From: Eukaryota sp. GEM-RC1
Taxonomy: Eukaryota
NCBI GenBank assembly: GCA_040285855.1
Contig: JAUFOQ010000001.1
Coordinates: 1,240,001 to 1,304,000, forward strand
Reading direction: 5' to 3'
Length of the DNA: 64,000 nt
The translations under genes and the position numbers were made by a program. Below are positions 24,630 to 38,338 of this stretch, piece by piece. The number at the start of each line of letters is the position of its first letter. Position 1 is the stretch's first letter. A model generated the notes under the pieces. It was given only the letters and a program-made list of their open reading frames with translations, was not told the DNA's origin and did no database searches.

Positions 24630-25229
24630 TGTTGGCCACAGGTGTTATGATGTGGCAGTGTTGAAGTATGGTGTTGCCATTTATAAAATATATTATCCTT
24701 TCCCCTTGCATGTCTACCTATTCAGGTATCAGTTGTCAGAAAAGCATCCACAATTTCCGATTTCTTCTTATATTTATTTCTACAAGTACTATGGTTTTCT
24801 AACATTTAACGGAAGTACTCATTGTTGTCAGTACATGTATTTCGTGTTGGAAAGATTTGATGTGAAGCTAAGAATCTTGAAGCCATGTGTAATGCATCAT
24901 GACAGCAATTGTAGTTTCAATTCTCGAAAGAACGTCACGCCCAGGTAAACTTCAAATGCTACAACTACATTAATTATACTGTACAAATATGATATTGAAA
25001 TATCAGATACGACAGAAAACAACAATTTTAAATTTTTGTCCTTTCAGTATAGAATAAACGTCAGATTCATTTTATAGACCGGTTACACACCATAACAAAC
25101 AAAGTTAAGAACAATCAAAAGAATTAAATCATACCCAACAACAACAAAAAGAATCTAGACTGAAACAAACTAGATAAATAACAATAACAATAAAACAATG
25201 TACACAAAACTCCTCTTATCAGTACATAA

Positions 25230-26210
25230 TCATCCTTTAAACAAGATTTCTCCTTGAATAGAGTTCATATTGATTGAACCATGACCATTATCCCCAACCT
25301 TCGCAATCACATGACGATTTTGATTGGTCATATACTCTATCCTATTCGTCACATTCGTCACCAAAATCCTTCCAAAAGTCGTACTCAAATCAGCAATCCC
25401 AGTCCAATTCTCATCTACAGTTACATTCACTGCACCAGTAGCAGAAGACATATCCAGACTTCCCCCAAGCAAACTTGAGATTATCTGAGATTCACCAACG
25501 GATCGACCCTCGAGGACAAGTTTAGAAAGACCAGAGAGAGGAAGAAGGCGAAGGCTATCGAGGACCATCCCAGCGTTAACACGGACGTAAGAAGCAGTGA
25601 GAGCGGGCGAAGTGACGTATCCATTACGAGAGTAGACTTCTAGACGGGCAATGGTAACGGCTGGGAGAGAAACAGAAGTAAGAGAGCGGGGAGAGGCAAT
25701 GGAGATATCTAGGAGATGAAGCTTGTGGAGTTCTGGGATGAAGATGTCTACTTCCGTTTGCTCACAGTTGACGATGCTTCTGAGAAAGCCCGCTTCATGT
25801 ATGATAGACAGGACAGGGAAAGGAGGGATGGATGGCCAGACACGTTTAGTTTCTAGAAATGCGTCCACATTGGAAACAGAAGGTAGATTATTAAAATGAG
25901 TGACGTTTATGTAGACAACATCAGTCAAAGAGTGGTGATGAACACGAACAGATGCTCTTTGAAGGTCTAGTACGATTCCATGGACTTGTTCAGGAGGATA
26001 AGAAAAGAACTCAACTTTACGTTGACTGGGATCATGGCAGATAAATGAGCGGAAGACAATAGTTGCGAAAGTCAAACAGAGTGCAATTAGGAGAAGAAAG
26101 AAAAGGAAACAACAACATCCACGTTTTGATTTAGATCTCGCATTGATCCGTTGAAAGTAGGACTCATCATCGTAGTTGATTATAAGAGAGTCATTGTCAA
26201 AGGCTAACAT
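25230..26210 (-). CDS. Type II membrane protein with a probable DUF4097/adhesin-like beta-solenoid domain
   Basis: Intact 326-aa ORF. A basic stretch and CCC precede one TM helix (FLFFLLLIALCLTFATIVF); the C-terminus has repeats such as LDMSSATGAVNV, ADLSTTFGRI and INMNSIQGEI. Confidence 0.6.
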   Translation of the reverse strand: MLAFDNDSLIINYDDESYFQRINARSKSKRGCCCFLFFLLLIALCLTFATIVFRSFICHDPSQRKVEFFSYPPEQVHGIVLDLQRASVRVHHHSLTDVVYINVTHFNNLPSVSNVDAFLETKRVWPSIPPFPVLSIIHEAGFLRSIVNCEQTEVDIFIPELHKLHLLDISIASPRSLTSVSLPAVTIARLEVYSRNGYVTSPALTASYVRVNAGMVLDSLRLLPLSGLSKLVLEGRSVGESQIISSLLGGSLDMSSATGAVNVTVDENWTGIADLSTTFGRILVTNVTNRIEYMTNQNRHVIAKVGDNGHGSINMNSIQGEILFKG

Positions 26211-26345
26211 TTTAGGTGGTATTGGAGAAGTAGAAATGATGATTCATTCAAGATCAGCAATTGTTGGTGAATCATCTGTAGATCCTTTTGGTATCTCTTT
26301 TCATCATTACAGTATGTCTCTCTTCCAGATGTAACCAACTAGAGA

Positions 26346-28824
26346 ATGGCCACTGATTCTAAACCGATCCCTGACGCACAATATCTGGTTGACAATCACT
26401 CTCCCAAATCCGTACATGTTCAACAGTCTCTATTAGTGCATATCAACTCCCACTTGCTACGAGTCCTTTTTAAGTACTCCCTGTGTGTGGATTACGATAT
26501 CCCTGATCGTCCCTTCCGTCGTTTAAGAGAAGAACTGCCCGTCTTCTTTGAAAAGATTGCTTACGTTAGCCAACGTTTCTTTGAATCTGCTCTTTATTCA
26601 GTAAAGCACTTCTTCCAAAGCAATACCTTCCCAATAGCATCCACTGATCTTCCTCTACTTACTCTCTTCACTTCTCACTTCAAAGCTGACACGTCATCAA
26701 TTTTCCTCCACATTACCGATTCCACTGAAGTTGAGGACATTATCGTTCATTCTCAAATATTGTCTGGATTGAACTTCATCGTCTCCAATGATGACCATGT
26801 CTTGACCAAGTTCACGTGTTGCTTCTCTATTCTTCGAGTAATCTCTGTTACTGTTGTGTCTGGTTCTTCTCTATCGCTTCTCCTTGACTTCTTTATTAGA
26901 AATCCATCTATCAAGCACTTAGACATTAGATTCACTCGGTTGACGTCATCTTTGGTTCATCAACTGACAACGGTGTTTTCATTGAAAAACACCTTGACCT
27001 CAGCTTCGATTTCTAATGTCACGTATGGTGACGTGCTTTTAGAGAGTGAACTAGTGGATTTGTTTAATGCAATTGCTGACAATATTGACCTTGTTATCTT
27101 GAATTTGTCTGACTTTGATGTAAGAGATTCGAGTATGTTATTACCACTATTTACAAGATCTGAGCTTAAACATCTCAAACTTCCTCGAGTTAAGAATATT
27201 GCTTATAGTGTTTTTTCTGCTCTGAAAAACAATCGTCGTCTCATGGATATTAACTTTACTAATTGGTCAAATTTGATTGATTCCGACTCTCTTTCAGAAG
27301 TTTTAAACTTCAATACTTTTTTGAAAAAAGCAGTGATTGTACATTCGTCTGATTTATCTCCTACAGTATTTAAATCTCTCAGCTCAAACACCTCTTTAAT
27401 TGAACTAGTTTTAATTAGTTCTGCTGAGTCCGTCCCTTTCACTAACCCTGAAGCATTGTCTTTAAAGCAAATGTTACAGGAGAATTCTAGTCTAATTGCA
27501 TTAACCATTGACGGTTCTCTTATTAATTCAAAGCAGTTTAAACACATTCTTGACGGACTACAAGGTAATTGTCATTTGAAAGGTGTTTCATTTCCTTCTT
27601 TGGATTTAAGTTGTTTAGTTACTCTTATGGATGCCCTTTCAACTACAAATTTACAATTGCACCTCAATATTTTTCCTCATTTTGTTGATGTTGAAAAGGT
27701 ATACTTTGTTATTCCCCAAAACGATTAACAGCGCTTGCTCCTCGCCACCTTACCTCCCTACACGCCTTTATGAATGGTAGGACAACCAGAAAGAAAATCA
27801 AGGAGCTAACTGTTAGTAAGTGCATTTTTGCAGAAGAATCAATGGTCCTTTTGTATGATTTAATTGGGATCAACACTTCCTTGACTTCTATTGACTTCAG
27901 TAAATGCGGACTACTGGACGATAATCTATTGAGAATTATTTCTGCTTCTCAGAATCATCCTAGTCTAAAAATGATTAACATCAGTTCTAACGACAGTGGA
28001 ATTAAAACTATTCTGTATATTTTTAAACAATTTTCAGACGGAAACTTAATTCCAAATATTGATAATTCTCCTGATTCCGTAGATTTCTCTCTTGGTGTCA
28101 TTCATTATGATAATCAACTTGGTAACTCTGATTTAATATCCATTTTAAATTTCCTGATGTCAGGTGTTTCCATTAAACGTATTGATTGTCTGGGTTTCAG
28201 TACTCTAAGTCTTCAAGGACTTATTGATTTATTTAAAATTTGTACCATTAACAAGACAATATTGAATTATGATGTTTGTCCACATGCTATTGATGTTGAA
28301 AATTCAATTTTTAAATTTTCACCCAAAAGATCCACCAACATTTCAGTTGATGACGTTGATTCTCTACAATGTTTCCTACAGTCATTTAATGTCAAAGTTC
28401 TTACACTTAAAAACTGTTGTTTATCTTTTGAAACCAGAGCTGCCATTTTCAAATTGTTACTAATCAATTCCACCTTGAGTTCTATTGAGTTTACTGACTG
28501 TGATTTAAATGATGACGATATAACAGAGCTCATCAGGTCAATTGGACTCAATTCTTCTACCAACATTCGAAACATTCATCTTCATTCCCTTTCTTTTAGT
28601 AATCAAGTTCTATCTGATTTGGCAAGTACTTTGAGAAAGAACAATACTCTTGCAGAAGTTAACATTGGAGTCAATTCTATCACTGTAAAAGGAGTTTTGG
28701 AATTACCTGAAAGTGATGGAGACAGTTTCTCAAGTACATTACGTGATGGGAGAAAATCTTGTATTTTACAATAATTATCTGAAATCTTATTGTTATTTTC
28801 AGGGAACACTGGTTCACCTAATTA
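26346..28824 (+). CDS. RNI-like leucine-rich repeat protein (frameshifts near 27710 and at the 3' end)
   Basis: ORFs 26346..27728 and 27770..28774 with repeats such as LKxNxSLxxL, NTSLTSIDFSKCGL and NSTLSSIEFTDCDL. The 3' end adjoins a transposon. Confidence 0.8.
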
Positions 28825-29896
28825 CAGTCAACACTGTTTATAGCGGGACTATATGTACCTACGCTATATAGAGTTTCACGCTATATAGAATAAACGCACT
28901 GTGCAGCTCCATCCTCAACAATAAGTGTTTATTTCAAGCAGATCTAGAAAGAGCAAAGTGTGCACCATCCAAATATCCATATCGTGGGCATAACTACATG
29001 GGATGGAGAAGGAAGATTGGACACGACCAGAATCTGGGTGGTAAATATTTTGAACGGAATTCAAGAAATGATCCAGATACGGAAGTTCCAGTGGAGTAAC
29101 TTCATTCTGACCCTATTTGGACATGAAAGAGGGAAGAAAAGACATGATCATCTCGCTTAAACCTATGATGACACGATTCATCTTCCAAGCAACCTGTTGT
29201 ATCCCTTGTATCACCCTCCTCTCTGAGTAGATGAGTGATGAATCTCCAGAGATTATGAGAACGGATCTACCTCTTCCATCACCCCTTCTATTTCCCTATC
29301 AATTTGGGTTTGTTCTTTGGCTTCATGGTAGTTCTGTATAGTTTCTTGTTGGTTCTTCCCATAAACACGATTCAATAAGGTTGTTTATCATAAATATATC
29401 TTCCGTCTACGTCTACGTTATAGCGTTGGTTTAGACCATGTGTTATGCTCTTTTAGGGAACTCTTTTGGAGAGTATGGAGGGTTGCTAGATAAAAAAGTT
29501 CTTGTGGTACGGCAATCAACATCCGACAGGGTTTTGATGGAGGAGTTACATTTGTTAGAAGCTGTAACACCAAAGATAATCTGAGATGAGCAAGATGTGA
29601 AAGGGATGATGTTGACGAGGCAGCTAAGACGGGGATGTCAGGGGTATCAAAGGAAATATGTCCGGTATATGTGAAGTCAAGAAAGAAGGTAATACAACTT
29701 CAAGTTGATGATCAAAAGATGTTATCAGAATGAACGCCAGCAATACGACAGTTTATTACCAAAGAGAACTACTGATAGAGGCGACAGACAGGATGTCATA
29801 TGGGAAAAAGGAGAGGAAAATGTCGGACCGTGAAAAGTGCACGCTATATAGAGTTTTACGCTATATAGAGTTTCACGCTATAGACAGTTTTTACTG
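28825..29896. mobile_element. Non-autonomous Tc1/mariner (pogo-like) element
   Basis: Imperfect TIR CAGTCAACACTGTTTATAGCG / CGCTATAGACAGTTTTTACTG, TA on both sides, subterminal CGCTATATAGAGTTTCA repeats at both ends. Confidence 0.8.
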
Positions 29897-30289
29897 TACT
29901 ATGATTTCTCTAAGAGTTCTTGGTAATTTCGTTCTAATTAAATATTTTTCTAATTCAAAAACAGATTGGACTCACTGTTTTTATTTTATACTTCAGAAGT
30001 TTTATCTTGTTACTAATCGTTCTTTGTTGAGTTGCACTCATTATTTCAGATTTCTATATGGACTTTTGTTTTGAACATATCGTATGTGTAGTTCTATTCG
30101 ATGGAGAAAGGAATTTTTCACCATTCAAAGTTTCACTCGTTTACTTTTGTACGAAATTTACATATAATTTGAAATTTTGGGACGCTTTCACGTTACAATC
30201 ATAACTTCGAATCGTGTGTCAATCTTTTGGTCTATTATTATTATGATCACATTTAAACAAGACTTAAAATATTGATTATTTAAGTATTG

Positions 30290-31750
30290 TTGGAGTTTTG
30301 ATATACGGGCCAGAATTCGTGCCAGATTGGACTATTCCTAAGTTCGACAGTTTAGAGGTGGTCTTGCGTTGGTCTAGAGGAAGTTCACTACGTCTACATT
30401 CAGAGTCACGGAATTGGAGCATACAATGGCCCTTTTCGGCACTAATTCTACAGGCGTCAGGGTCTTTGTCCTCGGAACGGGTCTTCTCATGGTTTTGACA
30501 AATCATTCATTAGAAGAGGCTCGTCAGGGTTTTCCAGGTTCTGATTGAACCGGCATGAGAGGTCGGGAAGTTCAGGATTGGGAGAGGTCCTCCCAAGTTG
30601 CCGTATCTCTAAGGTTAGCGATTTCAGCGATTCGTTGTTCGTTCTGGACATTGGCTGGAGCAGATTGCCATCTATCGCACCAAGTGTCATAACGATCTTT
30701 GACTTCGAAGATCAATCCTTGGATGTCCTGAGAATCTTGGTAGAGAGGCCAACATTCGATCCAGATGGATACGATGCCTAAGTTTGATAGAATAGCTTTG
30801 ATAATAGCTTTGTCTGGAAAAGCAGTCATTGGCTTGTTCTTCGGCTTTATGGCTTGGGTTCTTTGAAGAACGCGATGTAATCTGCTGATGAAATCGCCCC
30901 ATCGTTCCTCAGGGTCGTTGATTGACCATTTCCCTTTGATTTTGTTCAGCTCATTGAGCGCAACAGTAACATCTGTATACTGCGTACGTCTGAGCAACGC
31001 AATCCAAAGTTGTAGTGGAGTGGTTCCGTTCCATTCGCGTGACATCGACAGTTGTGTCTGGATGTTGAACTTAACGAAACTTTGCACGTCCGTTAGGGGA
31101 TCTTCCCTGTGTTTGGTAGTTCGACTCTGTTTTAAATGATAGTTCAGATAATTATGAGTTTGTGCTGGAATACATCACCTATATCTATAGTAAAGCGCAA
31201 CTCAAAGTGACATTCAAGTTACAATATTGCCTTTTGAGGGGTCAGCTGTCTGGGAAATGAGTCTGAGTCAAAGAAATGACGAGGCCAACCGAAAGGGGCT
31301 CCAATAGGTGCCTTATGGTTAGGGTCGATAATACTCCATTGGAGGTAATCAGTGACGAAATCAACTATTGCCTCTGGTTTCCAAGCTCTCTAGCATTGTC
31401 GGTTGCAGTTTAGAGTTCTTTAACAAATCAACAGGAAACTTCTGCTGAAACGTCACCACTGGAGTGAGATAATGGTTAGGAGGGTTCCTCTACCAGATAG
31501 GAGGCTGACATGGTCATGGGTGACGGAGTGCCAGATGAATTCGATATTGATGATGAACTTTGAATCTCAGTGAGATCTGTCATGGATAAAACATCATGTT
31601 GAGGGTTGGGAATTCGATTGGCATGAAGTGAGGATTTGGAAACTTCCTTCACTTTAGGAATGAGAGTTGATTGTGCTCTGCGAGCGAGTTCTTCTTCGTA
31701 TTCAACTCGAGCTCTGTGCTTAAGAGCGGTGGGCTAGATAACCAAGTCAA
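30290..31750 (-). pseudogene. Gypsy gag remnant
   Basis: ORF 30572..31087 (LWIALLRRTQYTDVTVALNELNKI..DPEERWGDFISRL..KAIIKAIL) aligns by eye with the capsid-like region of elements 1 and 3; a degenerate knuckle lies downstream. Confidence 0.65.
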
Positions 31751-32395
31751 ACTATTCTTATGTATTCAAAGTCATTGGAATTAGAGGGTGCTGTAATGTA
31801 TTAGCACTTACCTTTAATAATGGTACTACAGCGATGGCTATCACCTGATCCTTTCTTAGGTGAAAAAATTTCTTGATATTAAAGGTAAAATGGATCGATG
31901 CTATTATTAGATATGGGGCACTCATCTGCCAGGCCGGAAACTCTAATTTATGGGTTTTAATGACCATCCAGATGCCGTTTAAAAGGCAAGAGATGGCTTT
32001 AATGTTTTGGAGCTACACCATACAGTGAATAATAATGAGCTTCAGGCCAACTGTCGAAAACTCTATGTCATGCTCCAAAGACATTACCGAGCAATGATTC
32101 AACACAGAGTTAGATTTTTAGTAACGGAAGGATATTTGGTTTGCAGGTTGATATGAGTCTTTTCGAATATCAGAGTGACAGAAGTTTGCCGTATAACAGA
32201 AATTGACAAGATTACAATTAGTTCCAATCACTGTAACAGTTAACAGAAGTCAAAAATTAAATACTTCTTATAAATTCCATAATTCTCCTGGTTTAGACTT
32301 TTTTCGTGATGGTATAAATTGGCATGGTTTTTAACTTTTCTCTAGGTTTTACCAACATTCCAAATTAAGAACATAACCTGCTGCTGTCACCACCT

Positions 32396-35300
32396 TGATG
32401 CAAAAACCTATAATAAATAGATAGATTTTAGATGCGTCATGTTGGTCTTAGTCATATGAATAGAGAAAAGTGAATTTATTTTACAAATAGGTCCTGATGA
32501 GTCATGACACTAACATTACTTCTTCCCCCTTTTCGAGGACCTAGTCCTCTTAGCAGGTGGTGTAGTGAGAATGACGGAATTAGGAGTGTTACTAGGGATC
32601 GCTTTTCTATTACGCGTACTTCTAGATTTAGTATTGGGTTTAGATTTGGGTTTGGCGTGAGGATTTAGTTTAATAAAACTTGAGTAAGCCTTAGTGTTCT
32701 TAACCAGACTTAGCGGTTCCTCAGTAGTATCGCCGTCAAACCATACGACGGAACATATGGGACCTGTAGGTGAATCACGTTGATCAAGGATCTCCATGAT
32801 GACCATCTCTTCAGAGTCACAAGAGGCTACAGCTTTGTGGAACTCATCAGAGGAGGGTTTGTCGGAAAGGTACTTGGTGCATAGATGAATGCTAGAGCGG
32901 AAGCGATGTCCGGTGACAAAGTTCTGCAGTTCAAGTGAGCTTTTGGAAGGTATATCAATGACGAGGTACGGTCCCTCTTGTTTGCCATGAAGCTTCTTAG
33001 CAGCTTTGTTACTTCGTAGTACTAGGTCACCGATAGCGAATAGCGAGGGTGTATCAACCGTAGTAATGGAAGATTTGATAGATGATTGGGTGGTTTCTGC
33101 TTCTTCCCGTTTTTTCCAAAATTCTTGTTAATTTTGATTGGTAATCAGCTAGAAACGAATCTTCTGATATCTTGTTCTGAGTGAGACAAGAGATGATTTT
33201 ACTTGGATCACTACCAGGGTTGGTGTTAGATCCAAACATCAATTCGTACGGTGTAAAGCCGGTTACTCTACTCTTCGTAGTGTTTACCAGCAGTTGTACT
33301 AGTGGAATGTATTTACTCCAGTTGTCATAGTCATTGAAGTCTATGAGCATCTTTCGTAAAGCTTGTAGGATGTCTCTGTGTCGACGTTCAACTAAACCGT
33401 TGCTAGGGGAGAAACTAGGTATGGATTTATTCGTTGTGATGTCAAATTGATTGCAGACGTCATTGAAAACGTGATTAGCAAATTCTTTGCCATTATCACT
33501 GTGAATGAGATCTGGAATGCCGAAGATAGCGCAAACGTTACACACTAACGAATATGCTGTCTCATGAGCATTCAGTTCCTTTAGTGGACATAGGATTGTG
33601 AATCTGGTGAAGGAATCTATGAACACTAGTAAGTAAGTGTTTCCCGATGTGTCAGTGGGGAGTGGTCCTATAGTGTCGACGTTCATCTTTGCAAATGGTT
33701 TGTCGGACCATAAGTTACCTGAAGATTTGATAGTTGTTTTGGCAAGGGGAGCTGTCTTTTGACAAGCTGGACATTGCCTGCAGTGAGTTTTCATGTCGTT
33801 GATCATGCTGGGCCAGAAGTAGTCACTAGATTTTAGCCGATCAATGCTATCTTTAGTACTGGGGTGACCTGCATGTGGAAAACCGTGTAAGTGGTTCAAA
33901 GTGGTTTTCACCAAGGCACTTGGTATCAAGATCTTGTTGTTGCTATTCATGTATAGCTGGAACTCTTCATTGAACCAAGTAGACGTGTGTTGGAACAATG
34001 GGTCGTTATTTTTTATGGCTTCTACTTGTGTAGAGCGTGCTTTCGAGAGCCGAGCGTCGAATAACTTCAATTTGTTGATCAGAGCATCGTCAATCATGTT
34101 GATCGACTCTGTTGATAAAGTTTGATATTCTGTATCCTCATCAGTAGGACATAGGCTATCGGTTATAGAGAACAAATGCTCTGGGCAGTTTGTGACTATG
34201 TTGTTTATAGACCCTGTTGGTACGTCTTTGATAACGTAGCGTGACATCATGTCAGCCCAATGGTTGTCTTCGCCACTGGTGTGGACTATAGTGAATAGGT
34301 ATTCGCTGAGAATAGGGATCCATCTTTTGACCATCCTATTCTTTTCGGGTGCTGAGATTAAGTAAGCTAGGTTCTTGTGATCTGTGAAGATCGTTAGTTC
34401 CCTGCTGATAAGGTACGACGACAGTTGGGATTCGGTTAGAATCAGGAGAATGGCGTACAATTCCTTTTGGATCGTGGCCCAGTTCTGTTGAGAGTTAGTG
34501 AGTAGTTTGCTGTAGAATGCTAGTGGTTCTACTTTGCGTTCGTTCAGTGGAGTTCCCTCAGGTGCATGAGGAGTGCATTCCAACCAGACGACACCACCTA
34601 CGGCGATATCGCTGGCATCTGCGCTAATCAGTATGCGTCTGTCTTTGTCTGGTAGACATAGGGGCATGTGATTGATTATCCTCTTTTGATCTCGTCAAAA
34701 TTTGATTGGAGTCGAGGTGTCCAGTGAACTGTTCGTGCTTTGTTCTTTACTAGGGCTATAATGGGAGCTAGTAAGTCAGATGCATCTGCTATAAAATCTT
34801 TGATGTAGTTGATAGAACCGACGAAACTTCGAACTTCTTTGATGGTGGTCGGTGTTGGTATGTTTACCAGAGCTTCTACACGTTTTGAATCGATTCGACG
34901 AGTGTTGTCGATGTATTCGCAACCTAAGATAGTTATAGGATGATTCTTTGTTATGAACTTGCACTTGTGTAAGCCAAGGTTGACTCTATAAAGTTGAGCT
35001 CTTTCAAGAACGAATTTTATTTAAGATATATATTCATCAAAAGTCTTAGCGACTATGATGATGTCATTGATGTAAATGAATATACCTTCGTGGTCGAAAA
35101 TATCCATCATCAAGTTTTGAAAGATTGCAGGCACGTTCTTTAGACCAAAACAAGCTCGTTTAAATCGAATGGCTAGGCCATGGATAACTAGGGTTGTTTT
35201 GTCGCGTTCGTGATCTGCGAGATTCAGTTGCCAAAATGCTTTTGGCAGGTCGAGAGTGGCTATGTAGTTAGCTTTACTCAAGAATTCCTGTATGTCTGCG

Positions 35301-36500
35301 ATTCTCGGTAGATGCGGTTGGACAGGTTTAGTAAGTTCGTTGACTTCTCCAGTACCACTGAAGTCACCCGTAACTCTAGGCTTACGATGATCGAGGTATA
35401 CCACAAGTACTACCGGGGAGCTGAATTTTCCGTTGGGTGTAGTATACTCAGCGTATCCCAAACGTACTAGTTCATGAAAAGTTTCTTCGGCTATGCTTTG
35501 TTTGACAGGATTAAGCCTCCGAGGTTTTCGTTTCACCGTGGACTCTTCGTCGTAGAAGTCAATTGTCATCGGTGGACAATTGATGCCATCTTTGTGAGGA
35601 ACGGAATCGAAGATAGTTGAGAACTCGCTAAGGAGGTTCAGTAAACGATTGGTTCTATCATCGTCATCTAATTTGATTGAACAGCCGGAATCATAAACAA
35701 ATTTATTGACATCTATATTGTCTATAATAGAAAGGCTATTGGGCATAGATATGTTTGAGTCGAACTCTGACTCGTCGTTGCTATGAGCTAACATAGTCTG
35801 TTGAACCGGGATGATTAGCCCCTCTTCAGTCAGTAAACCTAACTGCTTCATGAGATCAATACCTAACAAACATTTGTTGGATCCAGGGATGATAGGTAAA
35901 GTCTTCGTCACAGATGTTAGGTGTGTCACCTTACTGAACTTGAAGGTCAAGATCCCTTGGGCGCTACCCAGTGAGTGAGATCTGACGTTGTTTGCAGATG
36001 TGAATGGTACGTTCTTGTTAATGAACTTCATTGAACATCTATCGACCAGGTCTCGTGTGATTACGGACATTGATGCTCCACTGTCCCAAAGACCCTGAAT
36101 CGAAACACCATTGATGGTCAGACTGCAGCTGAGGAATGGTGGTGGATCCTGGTGATCGATTATGCTGAATATTGAATTCAGGCTTAATGAGTTCGTACCA
36201 CTCGAATTACTGATGTTGTGGAGTGGGTTTATGTATGGATTATGTGAATCCGACGATGATGTGTTATCATTGTGAACAGTGTTTATCGATTGCACGAAAT
36301 ACTTACTATGTTTATTTTGTTTACGCGAACTATGACTATTACTACGAGTGGGAGGTTTCTTTGCCTCAGATCGTGGAAGGCGTTCATCCGCGGGGAGCTC
36401 GCTTTTACGACAGTCATTCGCCTCTGCTGACGTGGCCGTCAGTCTTAAGCAGTTTGTCTCTTATCTATAAAGTTCTTTCTTCTTTCTTATCAACGTTGAC
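32396..36500 (-). mobile_element. 5'-truncated, decayed Ty3/Gypsy LTR retrotransposon (element 2)
   Basis: Protease WDSGAS, RT with YIND instead of YIDD and an in-frame TAA at 35021, RNase H, integrase, chromo-like tail. PPT GAAAAGGGGGAAGAAG then a putative 3' LTR 32515-32396 (TGTTAG...CATCA). No 5' LTR found. Confidence 0.9.
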
Positions 36501-36902
36501 CTTACGGCAACAAATGGCTGGAATTCTAGTTCAAAATGAATGGGATAATGTTCCGTTTATCTATAAGTTTATTAGAAATTTTTGGCTGTGTCCTGATCAT
36601 TCTAGAATTGATAGTTGTTCAACAGGAAAAACGGAGTCCAAAATCAACTCTAATCAACTCCGATCTTGCAATGAAATTATTGATTTCTGATGTTGTGGAT
36701 CATGACTATGCTTTGTTACAGTCTTCCCCTAGTATAATACCACATCTGGTTTAGCGCTGATAGTTCATAAAACCAAACTGATGTCTATCGATCCTTCCAT
36801 CCTTCGACAGACATCTCCTTTCTTTCTACATTTACATTAAACACGTCACACGCCTTAGTCCTGAAATTCAGATAATGAGCTCAACACCAAGGTCATCCTG
36901 AA

Positions 36903-37553
36903 AATGTTTCAAATCATACCTGAAAAATACAGTTACATGTACTTTGATCTTATACAATACAAAAAATACAATACAACAAACAATACAAAGAAATACAGAT
37001 ACAATGACGTGGCAATTTCGAATAAAAATGAAGACAATGCTACTGGGAAGTATAGTAATGTACACACAACATTCTTCTCCTTCTTTGACACAACATTTGA
37101 CACCAACCTCTCCACTTCTTGATATTATAAAACTCCAGGAAACTCCTGGAAATAAAGGAAAAAACTTCAAAAAGTAAGAAATCAAGTGTTGATATGGAGT
37201 TTCCTGGTTGTAGAGAAACTTGAGGGTACAGGTTTGCATCCTTTTGTATTGTAGATTTACAATTTGGATAAATTGGTTAAATTTCACTTTATTTGCAAAC
37301 AATAGATTATATTTGTTTATTCGTTTAATGTTTCCGTCATTGCTAGTTAGAGTACTTATAATTGTAGCATATTGAAAGTAAAAAATGCAACATTGATACT
37401 GTAGATAGCAGTCTTTCAGTTGCAGTACCAAAAGTGGACAACTTACAGACGATACAATACAGGATACGATTTGATACAATACAAAAAATACAATAAATAC
37501 AAAATACAACAAATACAATAAGACTGTATTTTTCAGGTATGATTTGAAACATT
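36903..37553. mobile_element. MITE-like element with 31-bp inverted repeats
   Basis: AATGTTTCAAATCATACCTGAAAAATACAGT at 36903-36933 and its reverse complement at 37523-37553; ATACA micro-repeats inside; TSD not clear. Confidence 0.65.
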
Positions 37554-38192
37554 CATTAAACAAAATTGGAAATGCGGCATTATTTTCATTGGGCATATCA
37601 AGTCGAATATTATAATTCAAGCTTTCTAAACCAATTGTTAGTTTCTGTGGTAAATTTGTTAGACAAAACTGAAGACTTGTCAAACATCTTTCAGGTTGTT
37701 TAGACACAGATTCTGGAAAACATTGGTAATTTGATCAATGCTTCGTTTAAGTCCAATAAATATTTACACTAATTGGGGTTAGTAAGTGAACTATCATTAG
37801 GAAATCGATTAACTAATTCAAAAATGAGGTTCTTTCCGGCCCCCTAAAAAAGTAGATTTGCAAAGAATTGTCCATTGAGTAAAACCAATATCACCAAAGT
37901 GAGCCATAGTAAACAAGTGACTTCAGCAGTAGTTAAATATACTTTGGCGATCGCTGTTGTTGTTTATGATACAAGATCGCAGAGTCATCGAGGCTTATAC
38001 CAGTTAATTGATGAAGCAGCGAGGTCACAGTGCATTCAGGCAAGTACAACAAAGTAATTCGTTAGAGATGTTGACAAAGCTTAAGATTGGGGTTGATCTT
38101 GAGTGGAAACATTTTCATGTCAGACATGTGACAGTAATTTGTATTGTATTATTACAAAATCCTCGGTTTCCACGGTTGTTGGCCAGTTGAAT

Positions 38193-38290
38193 GCTGACGT
38201 TATGGCAATCACTACTGAAAGCCTGACAATTCTTTCTAAATACTGTACATCGACTCAATCACATTCATTCATGGTTCATAAAATCGATGG
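38193..38290 (+). pseudogene. Fragment of a BTB-SPRY family paralog
   Basis: DVMAITTESLTILSKYCTSTQSHSF versus DVMAITTEGLKTLSKYCTSTQSQSW in gene 53447..54943. Confidence 0.75.
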
Positions 38291-38338
38291 CAGAATCAAT
38301 TTTCGTTTTCCAAAACCGCACTTTCCAAGTTTACCCTG

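Larger units (their letters stand above)
18091..24731 (+). mobile_element. Full-length Ty3/Gypsy LTR retrotransposon (element 1)
   Basis: Identical 102-bp LTRs at 18091-18192 and 24630-24731 (TG...CA), 4-bp TSD GTTG, PPT GAAAAGAGAGAAGAGG, domain order gag-PR-RT-RH-IN. Confidence 0.97.

Noticed and set aside
32490..32515. Hammerhead ribozyme (CTGATGA) in the element 2 LTR
   Set aside because: No GAAA core or closing stems in the right arrangement.
36540..36810. P-loop (STGKT) helicase remnant
   Set aside because: Single short motif in broken frames; insufficient support.
36868..37707. 279-aa hydrophobic ORF
   Set aside because: Low-complexity read-through of the ATACA-rich MITE-like element.
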